From NCBI GenBank assembly GCA_041946805.1, contig JBHGBC010000014.1:12390-76389 (forward strand): 64,000 nucleotides of DNA, written 5' to 3'. Both the position numbers and the translations under genes were made by a program. The notes below the pieces were generated by a model that was given only the letters and a program-made list of their open reading frames with translations, searched no databases and was not told where the DNA came from. The DNA is from a bacterium (GTDB lineage Bacteria; Hinthialibacterota; Hinthialibacteria; Hinthialibacterales; Hinthialibacteraceae). Below, piece by piece: positions 30,280 to 38,550 of the stretch (position 1 is the stretch's first letter; each line of letters begins with the position of its first letter).

Positions 30280-31400
30280 GAACGGTCCACCTGGATTGCC
30301 GGCATTACCGGGGTGACCGGCCGTGTCAGCCCCACAAGGACCACGGGGTATTCTGCGAAGGCTGCCCTCACTACGACCCCCTGGATTGCCGGGTGTTGAT
30401 CATCAAATTGGGGGCCGCGGGCGATGTGTTGCGGACCACGGCGCTGGTTCCCTCCGTCAAGGACCTCTATCCCCGTTCGCACATCACCTGGGTGTGCGGC
30501 CCCAAAAGCACCGCGCTCATCCGGAACCATCCCCTGATCGACCGGCCGCTGGCGCTGGCGGACGAAACGCTGGTGATCCTCGACCAGGACCGGTACGACC
30601 TCTGCGTCAATTTCGACCTCGCCCCCGAAGCCGTTTCGCTCGCCATGCGGGCGAAGGCCGATCTCTACAAGGGCTTCGGACGCCGTCCGGACGGTTCCGT
30701 CTTCGCCTTCGATTCCAGCGGCGAAACCTGGCTGGAGATGAGTTTATGGGACGACCGCAAAAAGGCCAACCGGCTCACCTACCAGGCCCACATGCGGCGG
30801 ATTCTCGGCGCGCCCGAGCGCAACCACCCCATCTACGTTCCCCTGCTGCCCGAACTGCAGCCGCAGGCGGACGAATTCCTGGACCAGCATGGGCTGCGGA
30901 ATACCTTTCCCCGGATCGGATTCAACGTAGGAGCGGGCGACCGCTGGCAGCATAAAAAATGGACGGTGGAAGGCTACGTGTCGCTGGGCGAACGTTTGTA
31001 CCGGGAATTGAACGTCCGGCCCATCATCCTATACGGCCCGGCGGATTACGAACGGGCCCAGGAAGTGATGCGCGCCATGACCGTGCCGTTCATCGACGCG
31101 GAACTGCGTCCCTCGATGATGGAATTCATCACCATTCTCAATGTTTGCGGCCTGGTGGTCTCGGGCGATACCTTCGCGCTGCATGCGGCCTTGGGATTGG
31201 GAAAACGGATCGTGTGTCTGGTCGGCCCCACCTCCGCGTCCGAACTGGAACTGTACGGGCAGGGCGTCATCCTGCAGGGTGAAATCGATTGCCTGGGATG
31301 CTACCTGCCCCGGTGCGCCAAGGATCCCCATTGCATGAAACTCCTGGCGGCGGACCGGGTTTACGCCGCCATTCTGGAACAGTTGGAGAAACAGCCATGA
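30276..31400 (+). CDS. Glycosyltransferase family 9 (heptosyltransferase-like) with Cys-rich N-terminus; probable CTG start
   Basis: IIKLGAAGDVLRTT, KKWT, VVSGDTFALH, GPTS, CLGCY..C..CM. The in-frame upstream extension LRTVHLDCRHYRGDRPCQPHK..CEGC begins at a CTG that overlaps the previous TGA. Confidence 0.85.
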   Translation: MRTVHLDCRHYRGDRPCQPHKDHGVFCEGCPHYDPLDCRVLIIKLGAAGDVLRTTALVPSVKDLYPRSHITWVCGPKSTALIRNHPLIDRPLALADETLVILDQDRYDLCVNFDLAPEAVSLAMRAKADLYKGFGRRPDGSVFAFDSSGETWLEMSLWDDRKKANRLTYQAHMRRILGAPERNHPIYVPLLPELQPQADEFLDQHGLRNTFPRIGFNVGAGDRWQHKKWTVEGYVSLGERLYRELNVRPIILYGPADYERAQEVMRAMTVPFIDAELRPSMMEFITILNVCGLVVSGDTFALHAALGLGKRIVCLVGPTSASELELYGQGVILQGEIDCLGCYLPRCAKDPHCMKLLAADRVYAAILEQLEKQP

Positions 31401-32152
31401 AGTCGATCGAGGACGATCCCTCCGTCAACTGGCGGAATTATCAACGCGTCCGGTTCATCAAGGGATTCTACAAAATCCGCGGAGTCGTGGAGGAGTTGTG
31501 CGGCCAGTATGAAAAGCGGAAGGAAATCGCGCATGAAACCATCGACCTCCTGCTGGAAACGCAGCTGCGGTCGTTGAAAGACCTCTCGCACGTGCTTTAC
31601 CGCATGCCGGATGACACCCGGATCGACCGGAAACAACAACGGCTCTTCGACAAGGTCCTGGGCGAATTGTGGCACGAGCTGGACAAGGCGCGGGACAACA
31701 TCCGCATCCTCGAAGTGTACGCCGGCGAAGTCCACGCCGGTGAGGATAAGGTGGGAATGGCCTTGGGCCGTCTGGACAAACAGATTCTCAATACCGCCCG
31801 GCGGGATCTGCCAATGCAAATGCGCCGGGTGCGGCGGGTGGTGAATGTCCTGGTCCCCCTGTTCGAGCAGATTCTGCCCATCTACCGGAACAATCCCATT
31901 GTGCTGCGCACGGTGTACTTCGACCGGAAATCCTTGGACACTTTGTGCCCTCCCTCCGCCATCGGATACTTCTACCCCATCATTTATGGCTCCGTGGGGG
32001 AGGGATATCTCGAGTTGATCCGCTCGTTGTTGGAAACCAAGCACCGCTCGCAAGCGCAAACCGTGATCCAAGAAATGGAAGCCTGGGTGGAAACGCATCC
32101 CGAACAGCAGACATTCCTCGAAAAAGCCCGGAAAGCGTGGCACCGGGGATGA
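31397..32152 (+). CDS. Conserved-looking alpha-helical hypothetical protein
   Basis: ATGA overlap with the GT9 stop; LKDLSHVLYR..FDKVLGELWHE. Confidence 0.7.
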   Translation: MKSIEDDPSVNWRNYQRVRFIKGFYKIRGVVEELCGQYEKRKEIAHETIDLLLETQLRSLKDLSHVLYRMPDDTRIDRKQQRLFDKVLGELWHELDKARDNIRILEVYAGEVHAGEDKVGMALGRLDKQILNTARRDLPMQMRRVRRVVNVLVPLFEQILPIYRNNPIVLRTVYFDRKSLDTLCPPSAIGYFYPIIYGSVGEGYLELIRSLLETKHRSQAQTVIQEMEAWVETHPEQQTFLEKARKAWHRG

Positions 32153-32189
32153 AATCCCGGCCGGCCCATTGTTTCAGAAATCAACATCC

Positions 32190-32927
32190 ATGGACGTGTT
32201 CCGTATTACCCGCCAATTGGCCGCCGATCTCGCCCCGTTGACGTTTTCACCGCCTGTCACCCATGTCTACAATCCCCTGCAATACGCCTGGGAATCCCAC
32301 CGCCGGTACCTGGAACGGTACGGCCAGGGACGCAAAACAGCGTTGCTCGTCGGCATGAATCCGGGCCCCTGGGGCATGGCCCAGACCGGGATCCCCTTCG
32401 GCGATACGGTCTGGGTCCGCGATTGGCTGGGACTGGACGGAGAAGTTGAACAACCGGCGCGGCCGCATCCCAAACGGCCCGTGGAGGGATTCGCCTGCCG
32501 CCGCCGGGAAATCAGCGGTTCCCGCCTGTGGGGCTGGGCGCGGGCCCGGTTCGAAACGCCGGACCGGTTCTTCCAGCACTTTTTCGTCCTCAATTTCTGC
32601 CCGCTGTGCCTCTTCAGCCGGGAGGGCAGAAATATCACGCCGGACCAGCTTCCCACGAGGGACCGCGATCCCCTGGAAGCGGCGTGCGGCCGCGCCTTGC
32701 GGCGGTTCGTGGAGTATTACCGTCCGGATTACGTCATCGGCGTGGGGGGCTTCGCGGAAAAACAAATCCGGAACGTGGCCGGCGGTCCGGGAATTATCAT
32801 CGGCAAGATTCCCCATCCCAGTCCGGCCAATCCTCAGGCCAACCGGGGCTGGAGCGAAGCGGCCGAGAAGCAACTCGCGGACTTGGGAATCCTGGAGCGG
32901 ATACAGCATGACCCGCGCGGCCGGTAG
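32190..32927 (+). CDS. SMUG1-type (family 3) uracil-DNA glycosylase
   Basis: YNPLQYA, GMNPGPWGMAQTGIPFG, EISGSRLW, NFCPL, HPSPAN. Confidence 0.92.
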   Translation: MDVFRITRQLAADLAPLTFSPPVTHVYNPLQYAWESHRRYLERYGQGRKTALLVGMNPGPWGMAQTGIPFGDTVWVRDWLGLDGEVEQPARPHPKRPVEGFACRRREISGSRLWGWARARFETPDRFFQHFFVLNFCPLCLFSREGRNITPDQLPTRDRDPLEAACGRALRRFVEYYRPDYVIGVGGFAEKQIRNVAGGPGIIIGKIPHPSPANPQANRGWSEAAEKQLADLGILERIQHDPRGR

Positions 32928-33107
32928 GGAGGGTAACGCCGCGAAGGAAGGGATTCCCTCACCCCGGCCCTCTCCCAGAGGGGGAGGAGTGGAAATGACC
33001 CGCCATGGATCGATCCCGAAAATCACCATCCAATTCCGCCCCTTTTTGTTGTTTTCCGGCCCCCGGAGTGCGATAATCATCCCCATCCAGGTTCCGGAGG
33101 GGATATC

Positions 33108-33956
33108 ATGAAAAGCCGATGGATCGCCACACTCGTTGTTCGGGTTTCAATAACCGGATTGGGCCTCGCGCTGCTCTCCGGGTGCGCCACGGGTCCGGCC
33201 GGCCGGAAGACGGCCGCCTTGGGGCCGGGCGGGAAAGAATGGGTGGCCGAAATCCCCAATTTGCTTCCCGGAGCGAAACCATTGATCTTGGCGCGGATCC
33301 CCGCCGGGTCCTTTAAAATGGGCAGCCTGGAGACCGAGGCGGGACGGGATCCCGATGAATCCCCGGTCCACGAAGTGATCCTAAGCCATGATTTCTATCT
33401 CGGCCGGTATGAGGTCACGCAAGCGCAATGGGCCGCCCTGATGACCGAGAATCCCTCATCCACCCGGGGAGCGGACCTGCCCGTGAACCGCGTCAGCTGG
33501 GAGGATTGCCAGGAGTATCTCAAGCGCCTCAACCAGACCCTCCAGGACACCCGCTTCCGTCTGCCCACCGAGGCGGAACGTGAATACGCCTGCCGCGCGG
33601 GAACCGTCACCGCCACGTATTTTGGTGAAAATCCCAGCGCTGAAGACCTCGAAAAGCATGCCTGGTTCCGGGAGAATTCCGAGGGAGAATTGCATCCCGT
33701 GGGCCTCAAGCAACCCAATCCCTGGGGCTTGTACGACTTGTACGGCAACGTATGGGAATGGTGCCAGGATTGGTATGGTCCCTATCCAGACCCGTCCCAG
33801 ACGAATCCCTCCGGACCGGACGCGGGCCAGGAAAAGGTGTTTCGCGGCGCGTCCTGGATGGCCAAGCCCCAGTACCTCCGTTCCGCCGACCGGGGCAAGT
33901 TTCCCCCCGACGCCCGGCAAAACACGGGGGGATTCCGCGTGGCCTGGGGGCCCTGA
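33108..33956 (+). CDS. FGE-sulfatase/SUMF1-fold lipoprotein
   Basis: Lipobox LLSGC; FKMGS, YEVTQAQW, RLPTEAE, NPWGLYDLYGNVWEWC, RGASW. Confidence 0.9.
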   Translation: MKSRWIATLVVRVSITGLGLALLSGCATGPAGRKTAALGPGGKEWVAEIPNLLPGAKPLILARIPAGSFKMGSLETEAGRDPDESPVHEVILSHDFYLGRYEVTQAQWAALMTENPSSTRGADLPVNRVSWEDCQEYLKRLNQTLQDTRFRLPTEAEREYACRAGTVTATYFGENPSAEDLEKHAWFRENSEGELHPVGLKQPNPWGLYDLYGNVWEWCQDWYGPYPDPSQTNPSGPDAGQEKVFRGASWMAKPQYLRSADRGKFPPDARQNTGGFRVAWGP

Positions 33957-34019
33957 GGGAGACGTGCATATCGGTGCAGGCCGGAGGCCCGCGCGACCAA
34001 AGGATCGTGATCCGCCTTC

Positions 34020-36233
34020 ATGATTGACTTTGCCACCCATCGCTGGAAATTGCCCCTGCTCTGCCTGGGGCTGGCCGGAGTGCAGGGCCTGATCTTCGCC
34101 GGAGCGCAGTTGGCGGTCAACGGCGCGTTTTCGTTTCCCCTGGACGACAGCTTCATCCATCTGCAATACGCCAAGCAACTCGCCCGGGGCGAAATTTTCC
34201 GTTACCAGGACGGGCAGCCCGTGACCAGCGGCGCGACCAGCATTCTGTACGCCTTCGTCCTCGCGCCCGGCTACGCCCTGGGATTCCAGGGGGATTTGTT
34301 TCTCTTCTGGGCGTCCCTTGTAGCTTTGACCTGCGCCGCGCTGATCTTTTACCTGTTGGTCCAGATTGGTATCCGGGCCGGGTATCCCCGGGCGGGCGCG
34401 TTCGCCTGGTTGCTGACATGGGTATCGGGCCTGACCGGCTGGGGCATCTGGTCGGGCATGGAAATCGCATTGCTTGCCTGCCTGATTCTGCTGGCGATCC
34501 ATGAAATCCTCGGCCCCGCGCCTTCCCTCCCTCGCCTGTTCCTCTACCTGGGATTATTGGCTTTATGCCGGCCCGAAGGGGCGATCTGGGGGATCGTGCT
34601 CGGCGCGGTCCTGGCAGTTCGTTGGATCTCCGGCGCGCCCCTTTCCCACCGGAGGGAATCCGCCGCCGCTTTCCTCGCGGCACTGCTTTTCGCGGTTATC
34701 TGCCTGGCAGGCCCCTCGCTCTTCTTTTATTGGGCGACCGGGAATTCCAGCGGCAACGGATTGCTGGCCAAAAGTCTTCTTTATCACCCCACCCAGATGC
34801 CCTATGAAATCCTCGGGGATATCGTGGCCAATGCCGGCGCAATCGTCATGTTTCTGATGGGCGGGGGAATCCATGGTTTGGGGGAATTCGTTCTGCCGGG
34901 ATTTCTCTTGTTCGTTGTGTTGGGCTTACTAGGCTGGACGATCCGTCCGGGGAGTGAGCCAAAGTGGCAGGCCTTGTCCATCGGCTTGCCCCTCCTGGCC
35001 GTGTTGGGCGCGGTGGCCACGCTCGAGGTCTGGCCGCTGCACAATTACCGCTACCTGGTTCCCTTTTTCCCCCTGCTTTTCTTATTGGCCGTGGTGGGAT
35101 TGGAATCCCTTGGCCTTATGTTCCGTTTGAATGATTCAGTTCCCCTGGCGGCTGGAGTGGCGCTGGCCGCGCTGACGCAAGCCACCTATCTGCCTGCCTG
35201 GGCCACACGTTATATCGAAAACTCCGCCACGATCCTGGAGAAGCAAAAAAACGCCGCGTTGTGGATCAACGGCAATCTCCCCGCCGGCCAATCCATCGCC
35301 ATCAATGATGCCGGTGTATTAGCTTATTATGGACAAAGACCAGTATATGACCTGGTCGGTCTCGTCACGGACGACACCACGCTTGCTTACCGCATGGGCG
35401 AAGGCGGCCTCTATGAGCAGCTGGAGCGCCTGGATCCGCGGTCCCGGCCGGACTGCGCCATCGTCTTCCCCGCCTGGTTCCTCGAAATGAGCCGGATTTA
35501 CGACGTTTTTTATCAGCCCCGGGTCACCTTTCCCGATCCGTTCGATCCCGGATTCTCGAAAACCCTGTACCGGATCAACTGGAACTATCAAGGCATGGAA
35601 GACTGGCCCCGCGCCTCTTCCCTGCGCGAAGGCTGGATTTTGAAGGACCGGCTCGATACCGCCGACCTCGTGAGCGAATCCGAACATGAGTACCATGTTC
35701 AACGCCGGGGCTGGTCCTCGCCCGGCATACCTGTTCCCTTCCGCCGGAACTTCGGGTACCACGAGGAAATCGATGCCTTGTGGCCGGATATCGAGAACGA
35801 GCGGCGGGATTTGATCCCCACCCTGCGCCGCCAGGGGCTGCTCTACTTTTTCGACATCATCGACGCGGGGCGGCGGATCGATGGGGGGGAAACATTCGTC
35901 CTGAAGAATCTCGAACCGCACCAGGACGCGCTCTTGATCACACGCGTCTGCGAAACCACCGGAGAATACGAGACCTTCCTCTATCAGATGGATGTTTATG
36001 TGAACGGGATCTTCGTAAAAACCCTGGCCATCGAGGGAACACCCTGGAACTGGTACGAAGCCCGTGTGGAGATTCCCGGCGAGCTGATTCCCGGCTCCAC
36101 CCTGAGTATCCGGATGGTTAACCGGGGCTCGGAACATTTCGCCTTTTATGATTCCTTCTATTATTGGATCTATCAGGAAAACCAGAATTTAGGAGAAAAC
36201 GAGGAAAGGGGGGAAGAAGCGGAGAGAGAGTGA
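34020..36233 (+). CDS. Multi-pass GT-C-like membrane protein
   Basis: LDDSFIHLQYA, GATS, SGME, RPEG, RYLVP, DAGVLAYY..DLVGL; soluble C-terminal domain. Confidence 0.75.
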   Translation: MIDFATHRWKLPLLCLGLAGVQGLIFAGAQLAVNGAFSFPLDDSFIHLQYAKQLARGEIFRYQDGQPVTSGATSILYAFVLAPGYALGFQGDLFLFWASLVALTCAALIFYLLVQIGIRAGYPRAGAFAWLLTWVSGLTGWGIWSGMEIALLACLILLAIHEILGPAPSLPRLFLYLGLLALCRPEGAIWGIVLGAVLAVRWISGAPLSHRRESAAAFLAALLFAVICLAGPSLFFYWATGNSSGNGLLAKSLLYHPTQMPYEILGDIVANAGAIVMFLMGGGIHGLGEFVLPGFLLFVVLGLLGWTIRPGSEPKWQALSIGLPLLAVLGAVATLEVWPLHNYRYLVPFFPLLFLLAVVGLESLGLMFRLNDSVPLAAGVALAALTQATYLPAWATRYIENSATILEKQKNAALWINGNLPAGQSIAINDAGVLAYYGQRPVYDLVGLVTDDTTLAYRMGEGGLYEQLERLDPRSRPDCAIVFPAWFLEMSRIYDVFYQPRVTFPDPFDPGFSKTLYRINWNYQGMEDWPRASSLREGWILKDRLDTADLVSESEHEYHVQRRGWSSPGIPVPFRRNFGYHEEIDALWPDIENERRDLIPTLRRQGLLYFFDIIDAGRRIDGGETFVLKNLEPHQDALLITRVCETTGEYETFLYQMDVYVNGIFVKTLAIEGTPWNWYEARVEIPGELIPGSTLSIRMVNRGSEHFAFYDSFYYWIYQENQNLGENEERGEEAERE

Positions 36234-36646
36234 ATTCCCTCTCCCGGACCCTCTCCCAGAGGGAGTGGGGATTGTCTGAATCAGGATGGCCGGGATATCC
36301 AGGATGACCAAGATCATTAGTGGATTCCATGCGGCGTACTTGGTTATGTTGAGATTTCGCAGCGACCTATTTACCGTAATGGAGTGTTGCATTTGAGCAC
36401 TAATGACCCGGCAAGATCACAGCCTAAGGCGTAAGCCCGGGGATGGTTGGGGCAAAAGCATAGAATCCCCTCACCCACTGGAAGAGGGAGAGGGTGAGGG
36501 AAGCCCGGAAAGAGCGTCTTAGGAAATATTCGGGCAATCGTCCAACCCGTTGCATATGGTTATTTCAGGCCTCATGGGAAAACTCAACGGGACCTGGCGA
36601 CTCTTCGTCGAATGAGGTTTCGACTGGTTGCGCCGCCGCAGTATCC

Positions 36647-36676
36647 TTGATGCTTTTCCCTTAAATCGACTATAAT
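36647..36676 (+). promoter_or_regulatory. Sigma70-like promoter upstream of the ECF operon
   Basis: TTGATG (36647-36652) - 18 nt - TATAAT (36671-36676). Confidence 0.5.
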
Positions 36677-36809
36677 TACATCCGATCCATATCACCCGCG
36701 TTACCATGGCGGGATTCATCCGTTTGGAAGAGAACAGCGGACAGCTACGTAGCGGGTGACATGAAATTCAACCCCGGATTTCCGCGGGGAAGCTCTGGCG
36801 GGTAGTAGT

Positions 36810-37538
36810 GTGAAAGAAGCGGCAGGTTCAGCAGCGGCGGCAAGGGTGGATTTTGCGCATGCGGGCGTCGCGGAGCGCGGCCTCTCCCCAGACACGGCTA
36901 ACCCAGGCGCGCCCGTTGGCACGTTGGACGAGAGCGTTTCAGACGAAGCGTTGATGCTTCTCTGCCAAAAGGGAAACCAGGAGGCTCTCGAAATCCTGTA
37001 TCAACGGCACTATAAACCGGTGTTTTTGTTTATTTTACGGATGATTCAAAACCGGGACATGGCCGAAGACCTGATTCAGGAAACCTTTATGCGGGTCTAC
37101 AACAACCGGGAATCCTGGCAGCCCCGGTCCAAGTTCACCTCCTGGTTGTACCGCATCGCGCGGAATATTTGCATCGACGAAAAGCGCCGGTACTGGAACC
37201 GCCTGGTGTACATGGATTCGCAACTGACGCCGCGCAACGGCAACGGTCAAACCAATCCCCTGGGAGAAACATCCATCCTCGACCGGGTGGAAGACACCAG
37301 CGCCGATGCTCATACTCAGTTCATCAACAAAATCGATGAGGAAATCATCAAGAAAGCGATCAACCAACTTTCCGCCGAACAACGGGAAGTGATCATCTTG
37401 AACAAATATCAAGGAATGTCGTACATTGAGATATCCGAGATTCTCGGCGCGACGCCGGAATCGATCAAGCAACGGGCCTACCGCGCCCACTTGAGATTGC
37501 GCCAAATTCTGAAGCCTCTATTGGAAGATTTCGCCTGA
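36810..37538 (+). CDS. ECF RNA polymerase sigma factor
   Basis: SDEALM, AEDLIQETF, FTSWLYRIARN, LSAEQREVIIL..GMSYIEISEILG. Start uncertain. Confidence 0.92.
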   Translation: MKEAAGSAAAARVDFAHAGVAERGLSPDTANPGAPVGTLDESVSDEALMLLCQKGNQEALEILYQRHYKPVFLFILRMIQNRDMAEDLIQETFMRVYNNRESWQPRSKFTSWLYRIARNICIDEKRRYWNRLVYMDSQLTPRNGNGQTNPLGETSILDRVEDTSADAHTQFINKIDEEIIKKAINQLSAEQREVIILNKYQGMSYIEISEILGATPESIKQRAYRAHLRLRQILKPLLEDFA

Positions 37539-37557
37539 GGCCACACGCTGGGTTCTT

Positions 37558-38322
37558 ATGAGTCACCATTCCGAGATGAATACGCACGTTTGCCTGTTTA
37601 ATCAAGAACTGCTGGTGGATTACGTTTCCGGCAATTGTGCGCCGGATGAGCGGCTGGCCGCCGAACGGCATCTGGCCCAATGCGCCGAATGCCGCCGTGA
37701 AGTGCTGGAGTTGGAAAAAACCTGGTGGGCCTTGGATGTCTGGCAGGAAGAGAAAACGCCCGGGGCGCCCCGCCTCAATGACCTCCGCTTGCGGCTCGCC
37801 GCCCAAACGGATCGACGCGGCCTCTGGCCAATGATCCAGGACGCGGTCGGTTGCCGCCTGGCGCTTCTCCGCTTCCGGCTCTCCTCCCTCCACTTCAGCC
37901 CCGCCACTTCCATCGCTTCCCTCGTGTTCGGTATCCTGGCCGCCGCCCTGGGGCTGACCTTGACTCAGCTCCAACAGCCCGGGTTTATCATCGCTCCGGC
38001 CATGGCCTCGGGTCCCGCGGCCACGGTCCCGGCTTCAAAATCCCTCCCGGCCGAGGCCGGCTCCACGTTCCTGGCGCGCTCCCTCGATGAACGGCTCGGA
38101 TTAGACCGCGTGCCCACCGCCGATTCCCGCAAACGATACTTGAACGAAAAAATCCGCATGGGATACGACGGTCAACTCATTCCGGTCACTGCCATGAACT
38201 ACGGCCACGCGCCCAGCCGGGAAATACCCGCCGCGTATCAGCCCGAGTTCCCTATCCGCCCCGCCGCGGCCCGTCCGTATGTGATCTACATGAGTGACAC
38301 GGGGATGGTCGCCAGCCGGTAA
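37558..38322 (+). CDS. Zinc-binding (zf-HC2) transmembrane anti-sigma factor
   Basis: HLAQCAEC (HxxxCxxC) followed by a TM helix; directly downstream of the ECF gene. Confidence 0.85.
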   Translation: MSHHSEMNTHVCLFNQELLVDYVSGNCAPDERLAAERHLAQCAECRREVLELEKTWWALDVWQEEKTPGAPRLNDLRLRLAAQTDRRGLWPMIQDAVGCRLALLRFRLSSLHFSPATSIASLVFGILAAALGLTLTQLQQPGFIIAPAMASGPAATVPASKSLPAEAGSTFLARSLDERLGLDRVPTADSRKRYLNEKIRMGYDGQLIPVTAMNYGHAPSREIPAAYQPEFPIRPAAARPYVIYMSDTGMVASR

Positions 38323-38550
38323 GCGAATCGTTCGCGGCATGGTCTCCAACTTCATTCCATGGATTCGCACGGAAAACACGTATCGAGTGGGGAGGTGGCA
38401 TCCCATCCGCTCCAAGACGTGGGCGGATACCAAGATCCGTTCCTACAAAATTTCCTCGCCCTCGCCGTCTCCCGGAGGGAGAAGGGATTGGGGATTTACC
38501 TCCCCGGCCAGCCCGATTGAAGATCAGCCGAACATGTATAATAATCGGCA

